Assembly (NCBI GenBank): GCA_963775895.1 | Contig: CAVZKL010000017.1 | Span: 160,001-224,000 of the forward strand | Origin: Candidatus Bathyarchaeota archaeon | GTDB lineage: Archaea > Thermoproteota > Bathyarchaeia > Bathyarchaeales > Bathycorpusculaceae | Reading direction: 5' to 3' | Length of the DNA stretch: 64,000 nt | Shown: one piece after another, positions 30,326 to 40,589 of the stretch | Numbering within the stretch: the first letter of the stretch is position 1 | How the letters are laid out: each line of letters starts with the position of its first letter | Translations under genes and position numbers: made by a program | Notes under the pieces: model-generated | Told to the model about the DNA's origin: nothing | The model's input: the letters and a program-made list of their open reading frames with translations, nothing else | The model's database searches: none

Positions 30326-32575
30326 TTAGGACGTTCTGCGTTTCCAAGCTTGAATTGGTATGCTGAGCACAGGCCTTTCGATAAGGCATTCCCTCAAGTA
30401 GTCTTCGAGAGTGGCGGCCGGCACGACTCTGATCTTGTAGTCTTTGACATCGACCGAGTTTTCATAGTTTTTCTGCGGAATCACTACTTTCGTGAACCCC
30501 CAAGCTTCGGCAGCCTTTATCTTCTCGTAGACTCCGCCCACAGCAGTGATCTGAATAGAATCTCCGACGCCCAGGTTAATCTCTCCAGTTACGGCCACGT
30601 CCTGTTTTATTGGTTTCCCTTCGATGAGGGAGCATAGCAGTATCGTCATAGTGACGCCTGCTGACGGTCCATCTACCCCGTATGATTGAGCAAAATCAAT
30701 GTGGGTGAGATAATCTTGTGCTATGTCAAGGCCGTATTTTCGAAGAATTACACTCCTAACCTTTGCTATACTGTCTGAGATGAAGCTTTGACCCTTTGCA
30801 ACTCCCGTGACGTGGTAGTAGCCTCTAATGGAATAGTCTCTGGGAAGTGCATTTCTTCGGACCATTTGAGCTTTCACGTTCAGCACGCTGCCCGTCATCT
30901 CGCCACTGTACGGATCAGTGACCACCGCCAGTCCGTGAATCTGACCCAGTTTCTGCCCCTTGGGCTCAATCTCCAGCAGCTTGCCCCTTTCCTGCATGTT
31001 GTGTTCGAGGATCTGTCTTTGGATTGTCTTGCAGTGCTGTTCAACGGCTTCTATGACATGACGTTTTTGCACTATACTCCCGTCTTCGTTCATCGCCAAA
31101 GTTGAAGCTGTTTTGATTATGGCGATTAATGGTCTGAACCTAGTCGTGAGAGCGTCTTTCTTGTCGCTCCTTCGTCTCCCTTCCTCAACGATTTCCTCAC
31201 ATGCTTCTCTGCTGAACGGAATTAGGTTGAAGCGTTTGACTTCCTGCGCGACAAACTGCACGTATTTGCGCCTATTTTCAACGGTGCTCGGCATGTCATT
31301 GTTCATCCGCACAACTTTGCCGTAACCATATATTCTGTCCATCAAGGCAGGATGCATTTGTGCTATACTGTCAAAATTGCCCGCACCCACTAGGAAGGTT
31401 ATTGCTGGAACTGGCTCTGTCGAAACTGCCATTGCAGCAGTGTCTCCCCCGTTAAGCTTTCCTCTCAGGGTTATGGGCAGTCGCCCGTCCTCCAACACGG
31501 TCAGCAAAGTAACGGCTTCTTCGGGGTCAAGGTTTTTTACTTCATCTATGAAAAGTATCCCCAAAGAAGCGACATGGACATCTCCCGCACTCACTCTCTG
31601 GTGCTCGGGAGTGCCTAAGCCCCCTGTCTGATACGGATCCCAAGCTATTGAACCAAAGAGTTGAGCGCTTCTATGTCCCGTCGCGTCTATGAAGGGAGCG
31701 TGCCCTGAGCTGTTATCTATGAGCAGTTTGGGCACGTCGGATTGTTGGGCTCCACCAATGCCCTTTAGATTTCCGCTTCCACCGAGTTTCGTAAACCACC
31801 AAGTGAAAATTCCGAAGAATATTAGACTTCCGCCAGGGATGAACGTCAAGGGGACGACTCCGACGAACTTGTCGACCAAGTAGTCTACGAAATTGGGGTA
31901 GATATCATGCAACGGTTGACCTGCGTACATGGGATTTGCTATCCAAGTCGTCCATCCTTGGTACATAAAGTAGAATCCTAGGGCTATTAAGAAGAGACCT
32001 ATTGAAACCATTAGGATCTGAAGGCTTTTCAGTCCGACCCTAGTGACGAACTTCCTTTTCAGCTCTTTCAACTGTTCCTTCTGCAGTATTTTCTTTGCTT
32101 CGCCCGCCTTGTGGATTGTTATCTTTGGTGTACTTGGCAATAGCTGGTTTTTCCAGCAGAGAGTATCCGTCAATTGTATGCCCTGTTCCTTGTAGACTTG
32201 CGTCAACTTCTCTGCCAGCGCCCTGCCGATCAAAGACTTGCCAGTTCCTGGGTCGCCTAGAAGCATTAGATAAGGTCCGGGACTGATGAGTGTCTTTGGC
32301 GAAGATTTCGTCTTGTCAGGTGTGCCCCAGTTTTCGTACCATTTGTTCTTTTCAAGCCATTTTAGTTTGTGCACCCACTCGTCCAGACACAAGAAGCACT
32401 CCTTAAGGGCTGGATCCTGCCCTATCGCCCAGTTTATCAGATTATCGTCAACCGGGAAACCCTCGGTGCTTTTGAAATTCCCCCAGTCCCAAGTCACGCT
32501 GACTTTTCTCCCACCTACATTCCGCTCGAGAACCTCAACGTCGGTTCCAAAAGGACCTGGGGACAACAGTGGCAC
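30326..32575 (-). CDS. lonB: Membrane-anchored archaeal Lon protease (LonB architecture)
   Basis: Walker A 'GDPGTGKS', TM insertion, 'LFGSI..DP.Q.GGL', Walker B 'LFIDE', catalytic Ser 'DGPSAG' and Lys 'VGGVYEKIKAA'. Confidence 0.9.
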   Translation of the reverse strand: MPLLSPGPFGTDVEVLERNVGGRKVSVTWDWGNFKSTEGFPVDDNLINWAIGQDPALKECFLCLDEWVHKLKWLEKNKWYENWGTPDKTKSSPKTLISPGPYLMLLGDPGTGKSLIGRALAEKLTQVYKEQGIQLTDTLCWKNQLLPSTPKITIHKAGEAKKILQKEQLKELKRKFVTRVGLKSLQILMVSIGLFLIALGFYFMYQGWTTWIANPMYAGQPLHDIYPNFVDYLVDKFVGVVPLTFIPGGSLIFFGIFTWWFTKLGGSGNLKGIGGAQQSDVPKLLIDNSSGHAPFIDATGHRSAQLFGSIAWDPYQTGGLGTPEHQRVSAGDVHVASLGILFIDEVKNLDPEEAVTLLTVLEDGRLPITLRGKLNGGDTAAMAVSTEPVPAITFLVGAGNFDSIAQMHPALMDRIYGYGKVVRMNNDMPSTVENRRKYVQFVAQEVKRFNLIPFSREACEEIVEEGRRRSDKKDALTTRFRPLIAIIKTASTLAMNEDGSIVQKRHVIEAVEQHCKTIQRQILEHNMQERGKLLEIEPKGQKLGQIHGLAVVTDPYSGEMTGSVLNVKAQMVRRNALPRDYSIRGYYHVTGVAKGQSFISDSIAKVRSVILRKYGLDIAQDYLTHIDFAQSYGVDGPSAGVTMTILLCSLIEGKPIKQDVAVTGEINLGVGDSIQITAVGGVYEKIKAAEAWGFTKVVIPQKNYENSVDVKDYKIRVVPAATLEDYLRECLIERPVLSIPIQAWKRRTS

Positions 32576-33840
32576 CTTTCTTTTTTCCTTTCTCTGTCAA
32601 GGAAATGACGCGGTGGACAATTAAAGCGGTATTTCTAAATCAAGAATATGATGGAACCGAAAACAACCGCTTCCCGCCTTACCAAACCGCGTGCGCGTTG
32701 CTGCACATGAGTGAGCTTCGATTCAAAACTGCCTTTTGGCGATGCTTTTGTATACAAATAGAGTCGCTAGATTTTTCGACGAGCGAAAACCTCTATTTTC
32801 AAAAATCGGCGAATTCCTTCCATAATCCTCCGATAACAAGGAAGATTACAATACGAAGGTTCCTCGTACTTCCCATGCCTTTAGGGGACTCGGAACTTTT
32901 GGGGCTAGACACAAAACAAAGGGCCTCAAAACAAGTCGTTTTGAGCTAAAGCTTGGATTTTCTGGGAGGTTCTATGACTGATGCTAACGCGATACCATGG
33001 TTAATCAGGGCCTCATATAAAAACCGACGAAAATCTCCATGCGAAGCCAACGCCTCTCACCTTCGGAATTCCTTCGACCTTTTTGCTGAAATCTTTGCCA
33101 AAACGCAAGGGGCGCGCCCTCTTTTCAATCAAACATAGACTTCGAGCAAAACAGATACGGAATCCCGCAGATTAATTCAGCTGAGCGAAAAGTCGCGGAA
33201 AATTCCAAATACGTGATGGACCATGAACAAGAGTCAAGCAGACCGACGTGAGGCAAATGCCCTCTGGGTTCAACCAAATTCTAAAGGATTCGAGTGAACG
33301 TTTTGGATACCTTGATGCCAACCATGTCACGAGGAGCCAATCTTCCCCTTGATTCATGTGCCGGTCGCCCTCTGACGGAGGCAAATTCTGGCTTGCCTTT
33401 CATGAGCCACTGTCTTTGTTCTGGCTAGTGTAGGCAAAATAGGCGATAATCGTGCGTCGTTCAAGTCTCTGCATTACACTTCAGTGATATTGGTTGTCAT
33501 AGTAATAGGTGATGTCAGATCATATCACCAGAGTACTCCTGCCTAACACTTTTCTTGAATCGTATACGGAAGCATCAACGTGAGTCAGTATTTTCCAGGT
33601 GATCAAACTTGTACAGATGGGGTGCACTCTCACTTCGCGCGCTCATGCTGTTGTTCGACTGGCTGAGCTAAGCTAGGAATCCAGTCTAAGGAAAGTGCTA
33701 GACGTTTGAAACTGTTAGCAAGAATCTTCTCGACGGGTTGAAGATCCCAACAATCTAGCAGGTCAGTCTCTCTAAAGAAAAACATTTCAGAAAGATGGCG
33801 TATAACCATTCGGGGTAAAATGACTGCCGAGGAATGATAA

Positions 33841-34257
33841 ATGCCTGAGATGAAGGTGTTCAATGTTACTCATAGCTTCTCAACGAGAGGAGAAGGAGAG
33901 TTTGTAGATTTGACTGACACGGTGCAGAAGTCAATTGAGAAATCGGGGGTCAAGAGCGGGTTTGTGCACGTCTTCGCGCCTCACGCTACGGGTGTATTGC
34001 TTTTGACAGAGAATGAGCCTGCCTTGCTAGAGGACATCCGATTGTTTATTGATAAAGCGGCCCCAAGAAGCGGCAACTACAGACATCCTTCGAACGCGCA
34101 TGCACACTTAAGGTCGATTCTGTTTCCCCCTGACAAGACGATACCGGTGGTTGACGGTCGGGGGAGTTTTGGCACGTGGCAGTCTCTTCTGTTTCTGGAA
34201 ACGGACGTTTACTCTCGTCGCAGGACTGTTGTCATCCAAGTTATCGGCGAGAACTAA
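33841..34257 (+). CDS. yjbQ: YjbQ/UPF0047 secondary thiamine-phosphate synthase-like protein
   Basis: 'PHATG....ENEP', 'NAHAHLRS', 'GTWQS..F.E.D'. Confidence 0.92.
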   Translation: MPEMKVFNVTHSFSTRGEGEFVDLTDTVQKSIEKSGVKSGFVHVFAPHATGVLLLTENEPALLEDIRLFIDKAAPRSGNYRHPSNAHAHLRSILFPPDKTIPVVDGRGSFGTWQSLLFLETDVYSRRRTVVIQVIGEN

Positions 34258-34433
34258 CCTTCTAAGCTTAGATTAGGGTGCTACGTCGAACTAATGAAAT
34301 GGTGATTTCCTAGTCACATCTTTGAAAGCCGATGTGCATCCAAGGAAATCGAATGCTTTCGCGTTGCCGGCGAATTGCAAAAGAGTTATTAGCCTCAGAA
34401 CTTGTTTTTGATCGCGCGCGGTGAGCTTGCAAT

Positions 34434-35276
34434 TTGTCTTTTGAAATTCAAGAGTTGCCCGATCTCATACGAATAATTGTTCTTGTGGATCTTCGTAATG
34501 CAAAAACTGTCCAGAAGTCTTGGTTGAAGGGCCGGCTTGACAGGGTGTGCACGGGGTACACTTGCATAGAAATGCGCGACCTGGACAAGACTCTGTTGGA
34601 CATGGTTTCTGAGGGGTTGATTCACGACGATCGCGGAATGATACACGCTACCGAGCAGGGCACGAAGCTCGGGAAGGAATGGGCTAGTTTGCTTTTGAAA
34701 AAGGAGCCGATTCTCGAAGTAGTGGCTGGATTGGTCGATGGTTCGATCACGAGTCTCGTGGTGATTCTGTCAGCGTTCTTTGCATCCCTCGCCATGCGAA
34801 CCGCAGTATTCGCTGCTTTCTTGACCTTGTCTTCGGTTTCAATAACGAATTTTTCCAGCTTTCTGCTTGGGGGGATAACGGAGGATCTTGCTGATATGAT
34901 AAGCCTCCAAACGTTAATGAACTACAGTCTTAGTGACATTCCTGACAAAACGGAGCGGGAGAAATCGCTTAACCTCGTGAAAGATCTGTTTACTCTCCTG
35001 CATAAAGAGATCAGCAGATCGAACCTTGTGGCTGCAATAATCTGTGGGGTCACGACTTTTCTTGCTGGGGTACTTCCTGTAGTTACATACTTTTTGTTTC
35101 CGAAACCGTTGAACCTCGTTGTGTCGCTCACTTTAGTCGGAGTCGTGGTCGGCGTTTTTCTTGTGCGTTATCGTTCGAGGAGATCCAGAGTGCATTGGAA
35201 GGTCACATTGCTTGAGACGGTTGTGATTGTCGTCATTGCGGTTATCGCGTCGTTGCTCGTGGGCGGCATTGCGTAA
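34434..35276 (+). CDS. N-terminal wHTH-like domain fused to VIT1/CCC1-like membrane domain
   Basis: 'EVVAGLVDGSITSL' VIT1 signature and ~5 TM helices; N-terminus 'L..MVSEGLI......ATEQG' resembles a wHTH wing. Confidence 0.65.
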   Translation: MSFEIQELPDLIRIIVLVDLRNAKTVQKSWLKGRLDRVCTGYTCIEMRDLDKTLLDMVSEGLIHDDRGMIHATEQGTKLGKEWASLLLKKEPILEVVAGLVDGSITSLVVILSAFFASLAMRTAVFAAFLTLSSVSITNFSSFLLGGITEDLADMISLQTLMNYSLSDIPDKTEREKSLNLVKDLFTLLHKEISRSNLVAAIICGVTTFLAGVLPVVTYFLFPKPLNLVVSLTLVGVVVGVFLVRYRSRRSRVHWKVTLLETVVIVVIAVIASLLVGGIA

Positions 35277-35604
35277 GAGATCTGAGCGCCGCTTCACTTC
35301 GATTCCTTCCGCCGGCAATTGCATGGACGTTACCCCAATTGGTGTTAATTCACTAGGACATGTTCGCAAGCGTGGGATTGAGATTTGCGCTTATTTTGCA
35401 TATTGGGCAAGATCGCTTAAGCTTCGAAAGATTCGCTCCAGCCAAAATGCTCCGCAAGGTCTAGAACTAGCGACATCATGAGAGAATGTTCGGGATCTTT
35501 CCGTCATATAACGTTCTTTCTGCGGATCTGAAAAACGTTTGAACAGTTTGAAGTGGTACAGTCCCGCTTTTTGTCTCGAGCTATTTAAGGTTCGGTGTAA
35601 TACG

Positions 35605-35700
35605 AAAAACGCTCAAGACTAAGAGAGGGTCCCACGATTCAACCCTGTCGCAAGCTGACAGGCACCAGTTGCATTTATCGGGTTGAACCGAGAAACCCCT
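35605..35700 (-). ncRNA. Candidate structured small RNA (unknown family)
   Basis: Nested stems that close fully with G-U pairs only on the minus strand; TTTTATTA TATA-like box at 35720..35727; T5 run at 35605..35609. Confidence 0.5.
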
Positions 35701-36017
35701 TCATGGCTGTGCGGCGCCCTAATAAAAGCATTTCCAACGGTTGTCTATCGCTGGTCTCAAATGCGAACATTGAAAAACTCTCGTGTCATCTAAACGCAAT
35801 CCATTTCAACCCTCTTAACACGGATTAACTTTGGAGCAGTTTGGTCCAATCAAGGTGCGTGCAAGTTATGTTGAGGGAAGAGGCGGAGAAGCGTCTTATG
35901 CAAGTAATGTGCGTCTGAGAACTAGATTTAAGTTTTGTCAACTGGAGGTGCGTCATAGCTAGGTTATAGAATCTGTTATAAATGTTGCAGTTTCAAGAGA
36001 TGTTATCAGGATGAACT

Positions 36018-37286
36018 ATGGAACTGAAGAGAACTCTGAATCTTTTGGATGCTACGGCAATTGGCATCGGGGCGATAGTCGGTGCAGGAATCTTCGTTGT
36101 GCTGGGTATCGCTGTAGGCTATGCGGGGCCAGCGGTCATCATTTCAATGATAATTGCGGGAACCGTTGCCCTTTTTACCGCTCTTAGTTTTGCTGAACTG
36201 AGCTCAGCAGTTCCAAAACAGGGAGGTACCTACGCGTACACTTATGAAATGATCTCTCCTTTCGTCGCGTTCATTTCGGGTTCTTTGTGGCTCTGTGGAC
36301 AAACGGTGGGGGGAGCAGCTGTAAGCCTAGGTCTCGCGAGTTACTTCGTGGCTATATTCCCATCTTTTCCACTGAAAGTCGTTGCAGTTTCAGCTGCTTT
36401 GGTTTTGACGGGGTTGAACCTGACGGGAACCAAACATTCTGCAGTCGTAAACAACATCTTGGTTACGATAAAAATCGTCGTACTCGGCGTCTTTATTGGT
36501 TTTGGAATCTTTCAACTGCATTCAAGCAACTATTCACAATTCGCGCCAAATGGCGTTATTGGAATCCTTCAGGGAGCGGGCTTCATTTTCTTTGCCTACA
36601 TAGGTTTTGGCAGGATAGCGGCGCTTGGTGAGGAGGTAAAGAACCCAAAGAGGACTTTGCCGCTTGCAATCTTGCTGGCTTTGTTCATTTCCGTGATCCT
36701 GTACGTTTCCACGGGCTTTGTCGCGACTGGGCTTGTAAACTACCGAATTATGGCAGGATCCGGATCTCCACTCACCGACGCTGCAAGAGCGACAGGCAAC
36801 ATTGCCCTAATTGACACTGTCTCGTTTGGTGCCCTCGTTGCTACTGTCAGCGTCCTTTTGACAAACCTGATCGGTTTGTCCAGAGTTACGTTTGCGATGG
36901 CGAGGAACGGGCAGCTTCCAAAATCTTTGGCAACAGTCCATTCGAAGCTCGGAACCCCGTACGTTTCAATCCTAATCACAGGAGCGCTGATGGCTGTTTT
37001 GGCGTTCGTTTCAGATCTTAGACAAACCGCGGCAATAACGAGTTTGTCATTACTCTCTACTCATATTCTTCTACACGTTTCCGCGATAAGACTCAGGAGA
37101 AGAGTGCCCGACCTGAAAACATTCAAGGCGCCGCTGTATCCGGTGATCCCTTGCCTCGGTTTGATCAGCTGTGCTATTCTCATGTTCTCGTTGCCAATAG
37201 AGGCATGGATATTCTTAGCAGGTTTTGTTGTCACAGTCTCAGCCTACTATCTGCTGAGAAATAGGCACATGCATGTTCGCGCGTAA
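36018..37286 (+). CDS. APC family amino acid permease
   Basis: 'GAIVGAGIF', 'FAELSSAVPKQGG.Y.Y', 'FFAYIGF...A.LGEE.KNP'. Confidence 0.92.
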   Translation: MELKRTLNLLDATAIGIGAIVGAGIFVVLGIAVGYAGPAVIISMIIAGTVALFTALSFAELSSAVPKQGGTYAYTYEMISPFVAFISGSLWLCGQTVGGAAVSLGLASYFVAIFPSFPLKVVAVSAALVLTGLNLTGTKHSAVVNNILVTIKIVVLGVFIGFGIFQLHSSNYSQFAPNGVIGILQGAGFIFFAYIGFGRIAALGEEVKNPKRTLPLAILLALFISVILYVSTGFVATGLVNYRIMAGSGSPLTDAARATGNIALIDTVSFGALVATVSVLLTNLIGLSRVTFAMARNGQLPKSLATVHSKLGTPYVSILITGALMAVLAFVSDLRQTAAITSLSLLSTHILLHVSAIRLRRRVPDLKTFKAPLYPVIPCLGLISCAILMFSLPIEAWIFLAGFVVTVSAYYLLRNRHMHVRA

Positions 37287-37443
37287 CCGTTGCTTGTGAG
37301 TTTTGTTGATGCTTGTGTATTCAGAAGTCCGCCGTTTCAAGCGCGTCGGAGGCGTATTGATTGTCAATACATATTTTCAGAGTGGATTCTTAATTCTGAA
37401 CAGTTATTAGGATTCAGAATGAATCACGTGTCGAGGAACAGGG

Positions 37444-37635
37444 ATGGCTCTGCAGAAGAGAACTGCAATAGTAGCCCTAATAGTGGCGGCGGCCCTCGCG
37501 GTAGCTGCAGTTCTACTGATTCCTGTAGTTTTTGGAATTCTCACATCCAGTCAAACTATCCCGTCTAACGGCATCATAAATTCTCAGTTTTCCACAATTA
37601 ACAGAAGCTTTTTGCTCTCCCTTGGGATGCCATAG
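37444..37635 (+). CDS. Short signal-peptide/TM protein, possibly a truncated surface protein
   Basis: Basic N-terminus, hydrophobic helix, 'SQTIPSNGII'; stop abuts the convergent PAP2 gene. Confidence 0.45.
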   Translation: MALQKRTAIVALIVAAALAVAAVLLIPVVFGILTSSQTIPSNGIINSQFSTINRSFLLSLGMP

Positions 37636-37636
37636 C

Positions 37637-38311
37637 CTATGTTGTTCTCTCTTCCTTCGTATGCGCCAAAGACCAATGCTTCTTGAAAAATGAAAGTCCA
37701 AGGTTCGCGAATTGCTGTGCCGCAAGTGATAGGAATATTCCCCCCACAACATCTGTCGGATAGTGCGCCCCTAGAACGATTCTGCTCAGAGAAACCAAGA
37801 ATATTATCAGCGTTGCCAACAGCTCTTTGGTCCTGCTTTTTCTCGACAGAATTAAGAATCCGCCTGCGGCTCTGGAGACATGACCCGAAGGATAAGAAAA
37901 AGAGGAGATAATATCTTGCCCATAGACGTTCAAACCTGGGCAGTCTGGCCTCGGACGGGCAAAAACCATCTTGGTGAAATAGGTGAGCGCGGTCGTTATG
38001 ACCAAAAAAATCGCGACTTCCACTGCAGAACCAAGGTACTTTCTTGATTTGAAGTATGAATAAAGCAAGTAGACTGAGCCCAAAACGACCCACAGATAAA
38101 AATCACCCAAATAAGTCACAATCTGAAAGAATTGTAGACCCACAGTTTTCTGAGCGAAATTCTGCACGTCCAAAACGATATGGCATTCTATTCCGTTAAG
38201 GGGTATTAGGGCAACGAATACGCCTATCAGCAATGTCAAAAACAAGTAGATTGCTGCTGCAACACGAGGGCTACTTAGCTGGGGTTGGTTCATGTGAGTG
38301 GCTCTTGCCAT
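37637..38311 (-). CDS. PAP2 family membrane phosphatase
   Basis: 'K..FARPRP', 'SYPSGH', 'SRIVLGAHYPTDV'. Confidence 0.92.
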   Translation of the reverse strand: MARATHMNQPQLSSPRVAAAIYLFLTLLIGVFVALIPLNGIECHIVLDVQNFAQKTVGLQFFQIVTYLGDFYLWVVLGSVYLLYSYFKSRKYLGSAVEVAIFLVITTALTYFTKMVFARPRPDCPGLNVYGQDIISSFSYPSGHVSRAAGGFLILSRKSRTKELLATLIIFLVSLSRIVLGAHYPTDVVGGIFLSLAAQQFANLGLSFFKKHWSLAHTKEERTT

Positions 38312-38462
38312 GATGGCGGACTTTGGGCTTTAAACGTTTTCTCGTAGCACTCAGTGGGCGCTTCTAGCGTTACCCATTGTCGAGCACTCGAAAAGCAAAC
38401 TCAAACAGAGACATCCTTATGCAACTTAGATCTAGGAGTTTCTCTGCCCTGTGAAATTAAGA

Positions 38463-38498
38463 TCTAGAAAGAGCGCCCTGTGTTGGGCGCGTTCTAGA
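38463..38498 (-). terminator. Hairpin immediately after the catalase stop codon
   Basis: TCTAGAA..GCGCCC-TGTGTT-GGGCGC..TTCTAGA inverted repeat, followed by TCTTTC on the minus strand. Confidence 0.55.
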
Positions 38499-39943
38499 GT
38501 TTCAGCTTGTTTGACACCCGTTTGCCAAGCTCAGGGTCAGCTTTGGTTAGGTTTTCGACCATGCGTTTCTGAATCGTCTTGTGAGCCTTTCCCAGCGAAT
38601 CAGCAATGTTATCGACCAAATGGTCCTGATCCACTTTGCCGAGTGAACGATAGCGTTGGCCTGCTTGTTTGAAGTCGTTGGTCAGACTGATTTTCTGGCG
38701 TCCGATTTTGCCTTTGAGATTTTCGTGAGTCTTGGCGGTGGCTTGTGCTTCTTTTGGCATTCCTCCTGCCAGCGTGTTGGGTTCGTAGTTGACTGTTCCT
38801 CCTTTGTAGGGCGCGTATTGCATGGTTCCGTCGCGCTCATTGTTGTTGACGGGCGCTTGCGATCTGTTGATTGGGAGTTGCAGATAATTAACGCCTAAGC
38901 GATGTCTCTGCGTGTCCGCATATGAGAACGTCCTTCCCTGCAACAGCTTATCGGCGGAGAAATCGATACCAGGTACAATGGAAGCCGGACAGAAAGCAGC
39001 TTGTTCTGTTTCAGCGAAGAAGTTTTCAGGATTGCGGATCAGCACCATTTTGCCAACTGGCATAAGCGGGAACTTGTCTTCAGGCCAAGTCTTTGTGGCA
39101 TCCAGAGGGTCGAAATCCTGTTTCAACTCGTCAGTTATCTCCATAATCTGCACGTGCAATTCATATTCTACGGCTTTGCCAGAGGCAATCGTTTCATACA
39201 AGTCTCGGGTGGCAATGTCAGGATCTTCGCCTGCTAGACGGGTGGCTTCATGGCGATCAATAGTCTCTATTCCTGCCTTTGGCTTCCAATGATACTTGAC
39301 GTAGACAGCCTTGCCCTTGGCGTTTACCCACTTGTAGGTGTTGACGCCGAAGCCTTCCATTCTTCTGTAGTTCTTGACGGTTCCCCTATCGGAAAAGAGC
39401 CAAGTGATCATATGTGTCGATTCGGGGGTCAGCGAGATGAAATCCCAAAAACGACTGTTCGCCGACGAGCTCGTCGGATAACCCGTGTCAGGAGCAGGCT
39501 TGAAAGCATGAACCATATCAGGGAATTTGATGGCGTCTCTGATAAAGAAAACAGGCAAGTTGTTGCCCACCAAGATCGTAGTTTCCTTCTTCAGTGTAGA
39601 ACTTCACGGCAAAGCCTCTCGGGTCGCGGGCTGTGTCCGCGGATCCTCGTGAGCCGACCACCGTAGAGAAGCGGACGAATACTGGAGTCTTCACCTTCGG
39701 GTCCTGAAGGAATTTCGCGCAGGTGTGCTTTGCCATGCTTTTGTAAACTTGGAAGTAGCCATGTGCGCCCGCGCCTTTGGCGTGAACCACACGTTCAGGG
39801 ATGCGCTCGCGGTCGAAGTGAGCGAGTTTCTCGATCAAGTGCACATCCTGTAGGAGCACAGGCCCTCGTTCACCCGCAGTGAGTGAATTTTGATTATCTG
39901 AGACAGGAACACCCTGGTTTGTCGTAAGATGCTTATCTTTCAT
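38494..39943 (-). CDS. katA: Monofunctional haem catalase (apparent frameshift near 39568)
   Basis: '[15 protein letters not shown]', 'VRFSTV', 'VGNN.PVFFIRD', '[17 protein letters not shown]'; GGAGGTG SD upstream. Confidence 0.95.
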
Positions 39944-40014
39944 AAAACTTGCACCTCCTTTTTCATACAGTGTAACGTCTTAAGATTTGAAGAACTTTAA
40001 GGTTTATTTAAGAC

Positions 40015-40031
40015 TTATTATTATCTAATAA
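40015..40031. promoter_or_regulatory. AT-rich inverted repeat, candidate PerR/Fur operator
   Basis: TTATTA-N5-TAATAA between divergent katA and perR. Confidence 0.5.
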
Positions 40032-40036
40032 AAAGT

Positions 40037-40531
40037 ATGAGTCGCTCTCAGAAATCAGACGTTTTGATAATCGAAACCCTTCGCAAGAAAGGATACAAGG
40101 CCACTCCACAAAGGATTGCGATCTGCCGATTTGCGCTCCAAAATCGAGACCATCCTACTGCGCAGAAAATATATGATGAAGTCAAGAAAGTTCATCCAAC
40201 GGTAAGCCTTGCCACAGTCTACAAAACCCTTCGAATCCTGACGGAGCATGCGCTAATCCAGGAACTGGATTTTCCAGAAGGACAAGCAAGATTTGATTCC
40301 TATGTGCAACCTCACGTAAACTTGATCTGCACGCGATGTGGCAACATCCAGGATTTAGACGATCCTGCTGCTCGAGAAACGATAATAGGAATAGCTGCCA
40401 AAGCAGAATTCACTCATACAGGACAACGCCTAGACATTTATGGCATCTGCAAAACGTGTCAAAGCAACCCAAAAACAAGTACGACCGGACTTAACAAACT
40501 TCCTAGCGCGCACCCGTCAAGCAAAGAATAA
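40037..40531 (+). CDS. perR: Fur family regulator, PerR-like
   Basis: 'TPQR.AI', 'HPTA..IY', 'SLATVYKTL', 'RFD', 'H..L.C..CG', 'GICKTC'; divergent from catalase. Confidence 0.85.
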   Translation: MSRSQKSDVLIIETLRKKGYKATPQRIAICRFALQNRDHPTAQKIYDEVKKVHPTVSLATVYKTLRILTEHALIQELDFPEGQARFDSYVQPHVNLICTRCGNIQDLDDPAARETIIGIAAKAEFTHTGQRLDIYGICKTCQSNPKTSTTGLNKLPSAHPSSKE

Positions 40532-40589
40532 TGAGTCAGCTTCATCTACAGTCTATTGGTCCGTTGGTTTGGAGAAAACTGTCAAGGCA

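Noticed and set aside
35610-36017. Known riboswitch (SAM, glycine, TPP, fluoride) upstream of the amino acid permease
   Set aside because: The structure folds best on the opposite strand and only short motif fragments match; no full consensus.
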